In this document: positions 12,067 to 26,087 of the stretch, one piece after another
Layout of the letters: every line of letters begins with the position of its first letter
How positions within the stretch are numbered: the stretch's first letter is position 1
Origin: Camelus dromedarius
Lineage: Eukaryota
Direction: 5' to 3'
Length of the DNA stretch: 64,000 bases
Assembly: GCF_036321535.1 (NCBI RefSeq)
Contig: NC_087437.1
Coordinates: 11,038,001-11,102,000 of the forward strand
The notes under the pieces: model-generated
What the model was told of the DNA's origin: nothing
The model's input: only the letters and a program-made list of their open reading frames with translations
The model's database searches: none
Made by a program: the position numbers and the translations under genes

Positions 12067-15000
12067 GTACAAAAGTAATTGCAGAAAACAATACTAACAA
12101 ATTAAAACGGGCTAATGGCATAGTGAGCGGCTGGGCAGGTTGGAGTATTGGTAGGTGCCATTTTAGAGAGATGGCCCTGAGTGACGACAAGGATCCAGCC
12201 ACCAGAAGGGCATTTTTAGGCCAAAAGACACCAAATAGAAGGGTGGACATTATGAGCGAGGACTGAGTAGTAGGAGGTGAGGTAGGCAGGGCTCAGATTG
12301 TATTAACTTCAGAAAGCCATTGGAGAGTTTTAAGTAGAGGAGAGAGATACCACCATCCTTGGCCTATATTCACACAAAATTCCCAACTCATAAAAAGAGA
12401 GCTTATGGAGATACTCTTTGTAAATATCCTTTTTTTTGTTTTGGCCTTATGAACAGATTCACTGACATTTCTTTATATAGCATTTCTGTTATATCTGGAT
12501 ATAATATACATCTATCATACCTATTGTATCTAGATGTCTTATATCTGTTATATCTAGAAGTTTTATAAAAAATTAGACACGCTACCCCAAATTAGTGTCT
12601 GAACCTGTGAGGGGCAATGTAGCTGTACTCAGCTTGCCCTGACGGGCCGGTCAAGTGAAGGATGCGGGCTCTGCAGTGCGCGTGCAGCGTTCAGAGCCCA
12701 CGGCAGCAGCTGCTTCGTTGTCTCTGTAGTCTGCTTGCCTGGCTTCCAGCTCAGGTGCAGACAGCTGGACCCCACCGGTGTGGCGGCTTCAGGAGTCTGG
12801 CTTCTGCCTCTTCAAAGCAGGAACAGCAGATGAGAGCTTGGGGGGGCAGCCTGCTGGATTCCCTCCTAGGCCCCACGGGGTTAGCTGTGGTATCGAAGAG
12901 ATTTATCTGCATGGTGTGAAGCCCCACATCTGTGTGACAGGACCGTGTAGAGTGCTCTCCAGTTTCCCTGATTTGGTAGGTGCTCTGTGGAGTAATGGTT
13001 TTGCCTACTGTTTAGTTATGACAACTGCAATAGTTGGACTAAAACTGGACATGTGGGCCAAACACAGGTGATAGGGCTAATAAACAGATTAGAGCAGGGA
13101 TATGATATTCTCAGGCATGTGTCTGAAACTTTTAAGCCTCTGGTTTGGTTTGTTTTTTGTGCTATAGAAATGACCTGTGAAATGAACTGTAATTTTAGCA
13201 TATCTTAATAAGTGATTACAGGAGGCTTAGAATTGCATTGGTAAGAAATTACATCATTTCTTAGAGAAGGGTACTTTTTTAACTGAAGGACTAGTTCTCA
13301 TGACTTGTTCAGCTGAGCTAATAAGAAAGAGTTAAGAAAGAGGCCTTTAGGAAAATTTTTTTTGCCACCTACCATTATAGAAAAAGTTACACGTCATTCA
13401 AAATTCATACCTGTCATTCAGAATTCTTAAGGGGACAAAATTTCAGTGGAAACATAGCATGGGTATTTGCTCAGAGGGAAACTACACCAATAATACAAAA
13501 TAATCAGAAACCTTCAAGTAATTTATATTTAAATTTGAAGTGAATGTTGATAATTATATTGCAGAACGATATGAATGTGTCCAATGTTCTGAGTATTCTG
13601 GGTATTTTGTATTTTGTATACTTTATACAAAATGATGAAGGAGCAACGGGGAAGCTTGATTTGTGATATTCTGGGCAACTCTTTAGACTGACTATGCACA
13701 TCTGTTTCTTTTTGCTTCGTATTCTGTGCTGTGGAGATTTTAAAAATAGAATAAAGTGTGGATAATAACTACTGCAGCTAAGACTTGAGTCAGTTTATGA
13801 TTTATGATTGTTACCCTCATTTTGCAGATGAGGGGAGAGAAGCTTTCAAAGGGGTCCGCAGCTTGCCCCGGGTAGCCTGGCTCTTGCCTGGGGAAGCTGG
13901 TGCTGAGGGTGCAGCCGGCAGCGTCTGTCTGCCCGGCCATCATGCCCTTCCAGAACTCTGAATTGTGGACCTCGCTTCACCTTACGGCCCGTTCAGTTTT
14001 TACTCAGCAAAACTGTGCTTAGATTTAGAAAGACAGGCTTATTTCACAACTTAGCTACTGGTATGTTTCATCAGGCTGGCATTTACCCCTCTGCACGGTC
14101 TCCAGCGTAGGCGTGATCATCATGGCATTCCTCTTGAAAACTGAGGGATGCCACTTGCCCTGAGAATCAAGTGCCCCCAGTTCCTTATGTGATACATAAA
14201 TGCCTTACAGCCTGATTCCAGTTTTTCCCCGTGTTACTTCACTCCCCCTTTAACTTACTGTGTTCAGTCTGCTCCCCGGAACGTCCCTGTCCCGGTTCCC
14301 ATCCTTAGAGCCCAGACAAAAGTGATTCACCCCACACAGCTCTGAGCTGAGTCCCGTGGCACCCTAACCCGTGCCTTTGCACAGCATTCAACACATGCAG
14401 TTACGGTCATTTGTGTTTGTCACGCCAGCAGAATGAGTTGTTAAAAATCTGATTGTTTTATTTCTGTTTCTTGTGCCGAACACCAGGAGATGCCTAAAAA
14501 CTTTGACTGATTACTAAAACAAATTACAGATTTGATTAGTAGTCGTTGTGTAAATGTTACCAGTGCATTTCTTTAGATGTTAACATCAGTCACTAAGAAA
14601 TTATAGTCAAGTTGAAGTGATTAAACCACAAAGTCAGTTTTGATCTTTCATTGGTAAAAACAAAACTATTTCTGCTACTTTATGCAAATGTAATATTTAT
14701 CCTTAAGATTTTAAATATAGGTTTAATTTTTAAAAAATAAACAATATACCTAGTGATTTAAAATTTAGATCCGTTTTACAGTAAGAAAATGGGATCGTTA
14801 TTTGGATATTTACCAATGCCAGTTGAAGTATTTGCTAGTAAAGGCACTTGAAGTTGTTGCGTTATAGATAGAATAAGTTACTTCTGCGATAAAATGTCAG
14901 AGTAACAGCCATCATCAGAAAAAAAGATTTGAGAATTTTTGTTTGGCTAAAATTATAAGCTGCGCAGTTATGTGTGCCTCTGTGTGTGTACAGCACTGAA

Positions 15001-15871
15001 TTAGACTGTGGAGACACGAAAGCGATAGACATTCTCAACATAAAATGACATAAAACAGGCAGTGAACAAGATACTGTATATTAAGTTTCTTTAGTGACCC
15101 TAAGGTATCTGTGTTTGATTTTTTTTAATCATAATTCCTTTTCTTCTGAAGTGTGTCATGTGACTGCAGGGATTCCCAGACCCCCGAGGAAGAGAGGAAA
15201 GCTCGCCTGTAGCTGGGGCTTACCTTCAGTGCTAGGGGAGCAGTTGCTGGGGGCTGGGGAGGAGGGGACGAAAGCCCTCCATGATTCTGCTGTGCCTGGG
15301 GGGCAGTCCCTCCCTCTTTTCTTCTTGGGGGGGTGGGGGGAGGAAGTACTGCAGTGGAAGTTGTATAGATTGAGGGAGAAGGGAAGGTAGAGGCCTTTGA
15401 AGGATGTGAGCTGAGAAGGGAAAGGGGTCTAGAGGAGAGAGGACATATCTCTCCTGAGGTTAGAAGTGGGGTCTTGCTTGTCTTTCCCCACAGACTACAT
15501 TTACATCCCCTCATTTGCTCTTTTGTACAAAAAAGATACATCTGAAAGAAGCAGGAAAAAAAGCAAAGGAGGAACCATGGACTGATTGGCTCTGCTGGAC
15601 CTGTGTTCCTAGAAAGAGGAGCCCCAGAGTTTGCCCTTATTTCAGAATTTCTAGAGAAGCCCTGGCGTTGTAAGAATATGGCCACGCTACATGCTTCTCG
15701 TTTCCCTTCTCCTTACTACCTCGATAGCTACACACCAGGAGTTTTGGCTCTAGAATAATTTAAAAGACATTTTTGCCAAGAAAACATCTTTGGAAAAAAT
15801 CATGTATGTATGATTTGTTTTAAACTGCTTCCTGGCCCTCAGAACTCTGTTTTCCTTCCTTCCTTTCTTCT

Positions 15872-15972
15872 TTTTTTTTCAATTTATTATTTTTTAATGG
15901 AAGCACTGGGGATTGAACCCAGGACCTCCTGCATGCTAGGCACGTGCTCTGCCTCTGAGCTATACCCACCCT
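15872..15972 (-). mobile_element. Vic-1-type SINE
   Basis: Reverse of the tRNA-like head (ctggggattgaacccaggacctcctgcatgctaggcacgtgctct...tgagctatacc), T-tail, flanked by repeated ccttcctttcttct. Confidence 0.85.
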
Positions 15973-15985
15973 CCTTCCTTTCTTC

Positions 15986-16458
15986 TAATTGACGTATATA
16001 GCACTGTATTAATTTAAGGTGGGCAACATAATGATTGGATAATTGTGTACATTGTGAAACGATCACCACAGTAAGTCGAGTTAGCACTTGTCACAACACA
16101 TAGTTACAGAATTTTTTTCTTATAATGAGAACTATTAGCAACTTTCCTCTCTTAGAAACTTTCAGTATACAGTACAGTGCTGTCAGCCTCCGGCTGTATA
16201 TTACATCCCTATGACTATTTTATTATTGAAAGTTTGTGCTTTTTGACCACCTTAACCCATTTCTCCCCCACCCCCAACCCCGCTGCTGGTAATCACCAGT
16301 CTGTTTTCTGTATCTATAAGCTTGGTTGTTTTTGGATACTTCGTGTTTATTAGTTTGTTTTGTTTTATGATTCCATGCACAGTGAGATCATATGGTATCT
16401 TTCTCTGACTTATTTCACTAAGCGTAATGCCCTCAAGGTCCATCTGCATTGTTGCAAC
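15986..16458 (-). mobile_element. L1 3' end (L1MA9-like)
   Basis: MDLEGITLSEISQ-type translation on the minus strand; homologous to 41105-41385. Confidence 0.8.
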
Positions 16459-17002
16459 TAGGAGTAGTTTTTGAACTCTTGGAGGAAGAGCAGTGTGACT
16501 AATGTTGGGGTGGGGGCAGGTTTGGGGTCTTGGTTGTGCAATGCCTGGTGCTGTGGATTACCCAGCACTGCTCTTCTCGCTCCTTTACTGCTCTGCATTC
16601 ACTGAGATGTGGAAGCTGCCCCTGCCTGGGGGTGGTGCTCCACTGCCCTGCGTTTCCCCCCACCACCCAGTGCTGCAGGGAATACGTGGAGCCAGGTGAC
16701 TGACTGGTCACAGCTGGCGCATTGGCTCCCCCACGGGGTTGTGATAATGGGACTACAAAAGCAGTAACTCCTATTAGGCAGTTACTATTGGGAGAGCTTT
16801 AAAGTATAGCAGCTCATTTAAAATTTAAACCATCCCTATTGGTAGGTACTGTTATCCCCATTTTACAGGTGGTGAAATCAAGGCACGGGCTCTGTATAGC
16901 TGGTGAGTGGAAGAGCCCAGGCAGTCTGGTTCCAGGGCCCATGTTCTCAACCACACCACTTTGGGGAGAGTAAGGGAGTTCAGTCTGATACCACTTTTGC
17001 TG

Positions 17003-17400
17003 TTAGTTAAGACTCTCTATGTTGCAAGCAACAAAAGTCCAGTTCTAACTCATTTAAGTAAAAAGATAAGATTATTAAAAGGACATGGAAGAATGTGAGT
17101 GATAGCTTAAGCACTGAGATGTTCTGGTTGACAACCCACAGAAGCCAGGGATTCTTGGCATCGCTCATCTCTGCTTCTCTTGGTGAGGGTACCTTGTTTC
17201 TCCTCACACTGCGGGTTGCTGCTGGCTGCCCGCGCCCTGCCTGGAGGAACGGGACCACGGGCAGCAGGGGAGAAACTGACTTTTTTTTTTTTTTTTTTTG
17301 CCAATTCTAAAACTTCTGGGTGAGGAGCCAGTTAGTGCAGTTTGCTTAATTTCTGGACCAACCAGCTAGTTTGGTAACTGGTCCAAATGACACCAGGGTT
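17003..17400. mobile_element. Probable MaLR (MLT1-type) LTR remnant
   Basis: ttagttaagactct...gttgcaagcaacaaaagtccagttctaactcatttaag resembles MLT1J/K ends. Confidence 0.45.
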
Positions 17401-19348
17401 GATTGTTAACTTAACAAAATGGAAGACACCTGTTCATTTGGCTCTTCATAACTGGCCAGTGTGTCTCCTCAGAACCCTAAGCGCTCTGGGGACGGGGACC
17501 ACGCCGCCACCTAGCTGCACGGTGCTTGGGCAGTGGTGACTGCTTAGATGTTTACTGAGTGAGTGAAGGGCTACAGGAATAATTTTCCTGAGAAAGGAAC
17601 ACTTCTAAAAATAGAATTCAGTTTTCTGATTATTGTCCAGGGAAGGGCACAGATACAAATAGTCTGTTGGAACATTTTCAGCAAGGGAGAAGGGACTGTA
17701 TTTTTTCTGGATTGTGAAATAGTGAAGTTTATTTTAACCGCACAGCACCACATCTCTGGCTTCTTCACCTTTCCTTCCCTTTTCCCTCGGTCTGTATGTT
17801 TGTTTCTCAGCTTTGCCTTTTATTTTGTGACTCCCTCCTCTCTCTCAGCAGAATATTACATGGAAATTTTTAATTTTTATTTTGTATTTTTGAAGTAGAA
17901 ATTTTGTCCTGTGTGGTCCTAACCTTAAAAATGAGTAGTGGGTGTACCTCCCTTGAAAACAAACCGTCATATATTAAGAAGTGAGAGTTTAATAAACTTA
18001 TCCTAGTGGGGAAGATTTGTTTCCTAGACACTTTTGGAAGCAGCTACATTGATGAATTAATTTACATGTAATACATAAATTAATTTAGTTCATTATTTTA
18101 GAGAATAATGTGTTTTCCCCCATTTTTAGATTATTAATACAATGATTCAGCCTGAAGCAGTAGCTAGAGTATTACATTTGATGCAGAGAGAAGGATGGTG
18201 GGGAGCAGGGGCCCCATTAGCAAAGCTGGAGGGGAGGGTAAGTTTTATGTTTTACAGCATGTTTTGTTGGCTATGTAAAGAAAAATGATGGTCATGACTG
18301 TGAAGAAAGAGGCTGATTTAAGATACCAGAAGTTTTATATCAGAAAATTCAGCTTTGATAAATAACTTAATAGGTTAAGTCTTAGTCCGTGTGCAATGTT
18401 TTTTGAAATGTCTTTGGGCAAGGCCCACAGTGCCTCATTATACAGTTGTGCAGTTATCTTTGCTGTCATGAGAGCTTGATTTTGAGTCTCACAAAATGTT
18501 CATCCAAATCTTAACTCTGCTTCTTAGCACTGTACCCTTGGGCAGATCATTTAACCTCTTGCAACTTTATTTTCTCATCTATAGATTGGAGATAATAACC
18601 CCTATCAAATTCTCCTTCAGAGGGCAAATATTTGTCACCATTTAGGGTGATTTTTCTAAAACAAGTCAAGTCACTTGACTTACTCACTTGAAGTCCCATA
18701 GCCCTTCTGCACTCCCTGCTAACCCCCTTCCTCTGGTCTGCTCTTCCCTTCGAGGTTAGACATTGAATAATTTTTTCCTTTTCAGTTTTATTTTATAATT
18801 TTTAAATAAATGTTTTAACATTTATATGATGGGTGAATTCACTTCAGGCACAGTTTCTTCAAATAGGATACATCGGGATGCTCATGACACACAAGACTCT
18901 CACAGCTTTTCAGTTGTGAGTTAGGATGTCTTTACCTAACGTGTGAGCAGGAGAACAGACCATGGATCGAACCTGTTTCTTTTCTAACTTTGTAATGTAG
19001 GAGGTCATATTTCAGAAACTCAGTTTTAATGGGGTAATTCTGGCCAGCTGTAGTTAGTTGGCTTTGGGTTTCCTAAAACCTTTGACTCCTGCCATGTCCT
19101 TTAGAGGCTTTAAAAAAGGAGGCTTTAAACATGGTTCCCTTCCCCTTCTTTTAAGTTACGGAATTTCTTTTTAAAGTTAAAGCTATTACTGCATTTTGTT
19201 TTAGAACTTGTGTTGTTCCCTGGAATGCTTACAGGTCAGTGTGAGGAATCACTGCTCCAGTTGATAATAGTTAAGAAAAATATACTGAGTTACTTACTTG
19301 AAGTAATTGCTTAAAAGCAATCTAGCATTAAGTGTTGTATGTTTAGTG

Positions 19349-19503
19349 CAGTGGTTCTCAGTCCTGCTGCTGCCTCAGTTATATGTAATATTTTAAAAAA
19401 ATATTCAGATGCCGGAGCGCACCCCACTGAACCGTCGTCTCCAGGGGCAGGCTCAAGCATCTGCATTAAAACAGGATGCATGAGCCAGGGGTGAGAACCA
19501 AGG
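19349..19503. mobile_element. MER5-type hAT MITE
   Basis: Inverted ends cagtggttctca ... tgagaacca. Confidence 0.7.
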
Positions 19504-20239
19504 AAGTGATGCATATTTTGCATATGGTGGACTTTTGGTCCTAATTTCTGTTTTTATTATATAATATAAATTGTTAAGCAAAATAGAATAAAAAGATAGT
19601 CATTCAATTTTAGAAACTTATTTTTTTCATTTTTCAGACTTGTAGTAGAAAACCTCAGGGTAAAGACGTGTAGCTTTATCAATTCATAAATATTTGTTTT
19701 TGGTGAATTGAGGCTGGATTAAATTTCAATGTGAGGTTCTATGCATAATGTATAGAAATAATCCTCAAAGTGAACGATTTATTTCAATATGTAATAGTTC
19801 TATATTTAAAGGCATTAGGAAAAAGGTGGGGAAGGGTTCGGTGTTCCTCTGAGTTTCAAGCTACGTCTAACAACTTTTCAGCTGCTGCTTTTATGATCTA
19901 CTTGTAGCAGACAAGATGTATGTATTTCAGAAAAAAAGTTTTGAGCATTTACTGCTGATATTAAGGTTACTTTTTATGTTCCATGGGCCTTTTGGAATGA
20001 AAGCTACTTAGATACAGGTGAAATGTATGGAAGCAGCAAGAACGAAAGCATTTTAAAGTCTTGTGAATAAGTCTTGATAGCAGTTTTTGTAACTGAAGTT
20101 ATTAGGTGTATCTCAAATGAATATCCAGCTAATAAAATCAGCCATCCATTCCTGGAATTTAGGAAACAACTGATTTAGAGTGCTACATAAAAATTATTTT
20201 CTCCTTTCACTTATTGCTTGTAAGTTTTCACCTATAATG

Positions 20240-21230
20240 CACTCACCCATTAAACGTCAGATGTCTTCCACGTGTCAGGTGCTTTATTGGGGAAATACAT
20301 GTAAACAAGACTGGCTAGGCCCAGGCCCTGTTGGAGCTCTTAGTCTGGGGGAGCGAGGGATTTTAAACAGGAAGCAAAGGGGCTCTAGATGTTACTCTGA
20401 AAGCTGTGAGGTGCTTTGATTCTGCTGGTCAGAGGCAACTCTTGTTTTTTCTTCCAAAGAGCAATACTGACTTTTCTTGGAAATTTTAGAGCTGGAAGGG
20501 AACTTAGATCTAGTTCAGTTCCTCATTTTACAAGTAAGAACACTCAGGTCTAGGGAGGTGATGTGCCTTTCCTAAAACGGCAGAGCCGAGGAGGACTTGG
20601 GTGGGTTAGAACACCCGTCTCTGACTCCCACCCCTGTATGAGTGAGTGACGTGTGACAGGGTGGTGCCCAGAATCTGTTCATTCAGCACCTTCCAGTGAT
20701 CTGCTGTGTGCTCTTTCTGTGCTGGAAGCTGGCATTGCTCAAAGTGAAGAAGAGAAAGCTCTCATCATTAAGCAGTTCCCAGTCTAGGGTGAAAGACAGG
20801 CAGCTTTGAAAAAGAGTTCATAAAGGAGTTACTTGTTTAGCGTGTGGATTAAGATGACAGGTTCTGGAATTAGACTGAGTTAAAATCCTAGCTCCCTCTT
20901 AATAGATGTATAAATTTAGGAGAAACATAAATCTATGCCCCTCAGCTTCCTTATCTGTAAAATGGAGACCAAAATGCTTGTTACCTCATAGATTTGGGGG
21001 ATTTAAATATATATTGCGTGTAAAGCACTTGGAACAGTGCTCTGCTCATTCATAATAGCTAGTATTACTATAAAAAGCATTTTCTAAAAAAAATTATTCT
21101 ATTGTTTTTTCCTGTTGTACATGAGGAAGTTGAAGCCTAAAGACGTTAAATAACTTGCCCGTGGTCACACAGCAAGATATTTCAGGGGCCAGGATTTAAA
21201 AACAGGGAGTCTAACCAAGTGCTCTGTTTA
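20240..21230. repeat. Cluster of MIR/L2 fragments
   Basis: MIR core motifs cctcagcttccttatctgtaaaatggaga, taaagcacttggaacagtg and taacttgcccgtggtcacacagc. Other MIR-like cores lie near 13810, 16850, 18540, 35320, 44220, 54930 and 57025. Confidence 0.65.
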
Positions 21231-21934
21231 GGGGGGCTGAGCCATATTGTGTTCCAAACTCAACACCAGTACTAGAAAAGCTCTCAAAATTCTAAGCATC
21301 CAGTATTCTGGTGTCACAAAAAGATAGCAATGTGTTAACTGTGAAATATTTAGTGATATATTTGCTTTCTTCTGAAGAGAGGAGTGACTAAATTTGGGGA
21401 ATGTTGCCTGCTTCACCCAAGTCCAGCTTGCCACGTATTTTATTTTTAGCCACTGGCTGATCCCAACTTGAAATTCAGAGGATTTCTGGTATGTTAAAAA
21501 TCACAAGTGTCTTGTTGCATTTTATAAAGCATTGGACACAGTGTTTGGTTGTTGGTTTTGGCTTTTGGCTTTTTGTTTTGTTTTTTAATTAGGGGGGGAA
21601 GCCCACATCTGATTTGAGTGAGAATGGTTTATTTGATAAGCAGCGTTTTACCAACCTCAAGTCTTTTGAGGAACTTTTAACATAAAGAGGATTAAATAGT
21701 ATATGGTATATGCTTTCAATGGAAGACAGACTGTTCATACGGAAAATTGAAAATCATAAATCTTTATCATTCTGTTGTAAATTTCCCTTTCTTTCTACCT
21801 ATCCATTCATCTCTGTTGCTTTATACTACACAGTGATATTTTTAAGTCCCTGCAGAAGTTTTTCATATTGTTTAGTAAGTGTCTAATAAAGTGATAGCTG
21901 GTACCTGACTTTTAAAAAAATATTTAATATGGCT

Positions 21935-24250
21935 TTCTTTTTCAAGCAGCATATGGTTGGGCCTTTCCAATCTGACACTCTTTGTATTTAAATTGGGATG
22001 TTTAGACATTTTACATTTAATGTTATTGTAGATATGATTGGGTTTAGTCTACTGTCTTACTGTTTGTTTTGCTTGTCCCATCTGTTCTTTTTCCCCGTTT
22101 TCCTTTTTTCATGCTTTCTTTTGGTTTGAGTTTGTTTGTTTCTAATATATGCTTTGTTGGATTACTAGCTACACCTTTTTTTTTTAGTGGTTGCTTTTCA
22201 GTTCATATAATGCATTTTGAGCATATTACAGTCTGCCTTCAAGTGATATTATGCCCCTTCCTTCTAGTACAGGATCCTTCAACATTTCTTCATCCTAACT
22301 GATGTGCAATTATTGTCATAAATTTTATTTTCACATGTTATAATCCCCATAATACTTTGTTACTGTTTTTTGCTTTAAATGCTTTAAATAATAATTTATT
22401 ATCTTTTAAGGAGATTGAAGACATAAAAAATTTATATTTTCTAAATATATTACTATTTCTGGCATTCGTTATTCCTTTGTGTAATTCCAGATACACACCT
22501 GTTATCATTTTTTCCACCGTCTTTTAACATTTCTTACAATCAGGTCTGCTGCTGATGAATTCTTTCAGTTTTTGTATATCTGAAAAAATCTTTATTTCAC
22601 CTTTGTTTTTGAAATATTTTGGGGGGTATAGAATTCTGTGGTAACAGGTTTTTCCTTCAGGTGCCTAAGGATGTTGCTCAGCTTACTTCTGGCTTGCATC
22701 GTTTCCTGTAAGAAGTCTGCCATCATCCTTACCCTTGTTCGTCCATGCAATGTCTTCTTTCCCTGTGGTGCTTTTAGGATTTACTGGCTATCACTGGTTT
22801 TATGCAGTTAATTATGATCTGCCTTAGTGTAGTTTTCTTCATGTTTCTTGTAGCTTGGAGATTGTTGGGATTTGGATCTGTGAGTTTATATAGTTTTTAT
22901 CAGATTTGGGAAAAATTGTTGCCTTTAATTTTTTCAAAAATTTTTTTCCTGCTCTTTCCCGCTTTGTATATTAGGCTACTTGAAGTTGTCCCACAGCTCA
23001 CTGAAGCTCTGTTCAAAATCTTTTTTTTTTTAAATTTTTGTCTGTTTCAATTGAATAATATCTACTGCTGTATTTTCAAGTGTATTCATCTTTTTTTTTT
23101 TGCAGTGTTAATTAAGTGCTGTTAATCCCATCCAGTGTGTTTTTCATCTCAGATACTGTATTTTTCAAAAAGATTTTTGTTGTTGTTTTATTTTGGTTTT
23201 TTTTTTTTGGTTTTTGGTTTTTGGTTGGTTGGTTTTTGGGGGGGTGAGATAATTAGGTTTTATGTTGTTTGTTTTAACAGAGATACTGGGGATTGAACCC
23301 AGGACCTTGTGCATGTTAACCATGCATTCTATCACTGAACTACACCCTCCCCTCCCTCAGATATTGTATTTTTTATATCTAGAAATTTGATTTGGGTCTT
23401 TTTATAATTTGCATGACTCCACCTAGTACATTCAGTTGTCTGTCATTCATTTAGAACTTGCAGAATAAAAACAGTTCTTTGTCAATTTTATTATCAGTGT
23501 CATTTCTAGGTCTGCTTCGATTGATTAGTTTTTCTCCTCACATTTTCAGTTTACTCCATATCTGGCAATTTTTTATTGAATACCAGACATTGTGAATTTT
23601 ACCTTTCTGGGTGCTGGATGTTTTTGTATTCTTAAATACATTCTTGAGCTTTGTGGTTGAGATGCATTTAATTTACTTGGAAATAGGCTGGTCCTTTTGA
23701 GGTCAGCTTTTAAGCTTTGTGAATGAAGAATGATGAGAACAGCTGGTCAGGCTCACTTATTCCCTTTGCTGAGGCAGTAGTACCATTTTGAGTATTTTAC
23801 CCAGTGCCCTGGGAACTAGGAGGTGTTTCTTCTCTAACTAGTGGGAACACAAACTATGCTTAACCCTGAGGAAGCCCTGGAGCTGGCCCCCCTCTCTCGT
23901 GGGCGTTCTTTCCCTGGCGCTGGGGGCATGGTGTCTTCTCGTGCGTGGCCGGCTGGCGCTCAGTCAGAGCTCTGGGTTCTCTCTCTGCGCAGCTCTCTCT
24001 TTCCCAGCTCTTGTGATCTCTGGCCACCTGCGTTCTCTCTCTCTGCCCTGCAGGGGCAGTTGTAGGCTTTTCTGTGTTCTGTTTTGTTTTTTTTTTTCCT
24101 TTCGCAAGAATCACTGCTCTGAGCTGCCTGTTGTCCAGTGTTTAGAAACTATTACTTCATGTATTTTGTTCTTTTTTTTTTTCCCCCAGTTATTTAAAAT
24201 AGTAGGGTAAATTTCATCCCTGTTACCCATCTTGGCCAGAAACTGAAGTG
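21935..24250 (-). mobile_element. Old, degenerate L1 (5'/ORF1-side region)
   Basis: Long T-rich stretch with typical antisense L1M motifs (gatgaattctttcagtttttg, ggggtatagaattct, aagtctgccatcatc, ccagacattgtgaattttacc). Boundaries approximate. Confidence 0.7.
23166..23355 (-). mobile_element. Vic-1-type SINE nested in an old L1
   Basis: Same core sequence. 18-bp TSD CTCAGATA(C/T)TGTATTTTT at 23148-23165 and 23356-23373. Confidence 0.87.
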
Positions 24251-25634
24251 ACTTAAAAAGACCAGGACATTTTTTCGTAAATAAAAATTAGTCATTAGAA
24301 AATAGTACTTTTATGTTACTCCAGTTTTTAAACGTTTATTATAATAATACTTTTAGAAATATGGATGAACTGTTTGAAAAAACAGAAGATATGAAGTTAC
24401 TGGATTCTTGTCATAATGACTTGGAGGTGGGAATTAAGCTCATCTTAAATAGCTTGTGTTAAATTTTATCTGCTATAAATGAGTAAGGAGTTTTATTTAA
24501 AATTTGTCTTGATGTTTAGAGAGTGGTACTATTTCTGGCCATGTCAACTGCACTTTGCAATTTTAGTTGTTTTAGACTGTTGGTTTATTTTTTTCTCCTC
24601 TACTATTATTGACTTAGGATAAAGTGTGCTTTGAGTACCTCTCATTCCAATATGATGTAGGTCAGGCCACATGAGAAAAATATGTGTTGATTATAGTCGG
24701 ATTTAAATGGCTAGGTTGTTACAGATTACGTTTCAATTTCTCACAGATTTCTGTTAGATTTGCAAATGAAATATTTTGAATCTGATGGGGAGAAATGTAG
24801 ATGTCATATATTCATCTCTTGTACTTTCTCATTTTTCAAAATTGCCTTTTCTAAACCAGTGCCACTCAGCTGTGGGGTTCGGGAGCTACATTTGTAGTCA
24901 CCATTAGCCACCCCCCCCCCCCCCAACTACTGCCTTGAACACAGTATGGCACTGTACTCTTCTGACACGAATTTGAGATTCTGTGAGTGAGTGAAAGAGC
25001 TGCATGCAGCTGAGAGCCCCCGTTTTATATCATTGTCCTGGATCTTTTTGTTCTGTGGAAGTGTTTGGGTGGTAGTGGTTTGGAGTTCCGGCAGGAGAGG
25101 GATGAAGGCATTCTGGGAAGGTGGTGAGGGGGTGACTGGAGGGCAAGAAAGAAGAGTCTCTGTTTAAAGACTTGAGGCATACAAGTTAGTACTTGGATTA
25201 TTCTAGTGATGTTAGCCCGGAGCAGAAGATTAATCTACCTTAAGACATTTATTGTAACTAGATAAAAGTAAATATGGTATACCTTTTTCGTTTGACTGTG
25301 ATGGGTAGTAAATCTCAGATTTAACAGGCTTTATGTTCAGATCAGGTAAGAAGATAGATTTGAACTATTTCATGGCCCGTTGAAGTTTTTGTGGTTTTGA
25401 GTGAATGGCAGTTTTTGTGGCATGAATTCACAAAAGTTGTAAGTACATTTTTTTTGATTTTTAAAATTTTGATCCTTAAAGTCATATGTAAGATTTTATA
25501 CTTTTTGAGAGAATAATGATTCCTTATTATAGAGGGGTAAATGGAATAGACATTTATAGCTTAGACTTTTCTGAAATAGGTGCACAGAAGCTTTATTTTT
25601 CCTTCCTTGAATATTTAATCATTTTACTTTGCCC

Positions 25635-25725
25635 AGGGGTGAGGGAGGCCATTAGGCTTATTTACTTTTAGAGGAAGTGCTGGGGATTGAACCCAGGACC
25701 TCATGCATACTAAGCATGCTGTGTA
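25635..25725 (-). mobile_element. Vic-1-type SINE, head truncated by an AT-rich tract
   Basis: gtgctggggattgaacccaggacctcatgcatactaagcatg; the A-box end is missing. Confidence 0.75.
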
Positions 25726-25903
25726 CTACTATAACATAGTATATATCCTATATATATAAATGTAAAAATATATAAGTATACTACTATAGATGACTGTATT
25801 TAATTCTGCTCATTATTATAATATACCATAGTATATAAACTATATATATTTTATATAAATATATTTTAAAATAAATATTATAGCAATATAAAGTATGATA
25901 TAA
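25726..25903. repeat. AT-rich low-complexity (TA-like) tract
   Basis: Direct reading; abuts the truncated SINE. Confidence 0.8.
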
Positions 25904-26087
25904 AGCTGTTTTTCTGGCAGGAGCATAGTTTGAGGACAACTTTGTCCAGATTTATAAGATTAAAATTGACTTCCTTTCTATCACCCCAGTCTAGGTTTTG
26001 TTGGGGCTGGAGAGAGGGAAGAGAGGAGGCTTCTAGGTTACCAGAATACCTGGACTTAAGCTGTGTAATTGTGAAGTTAACTCCGGG

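Noticed and set aside
24911..24924. C14 homopolymer (also C13 at 46020-46032)
   Set aside because: Simple mononucleotide runs with no supporting context; lengths may be sequencing-dependent.
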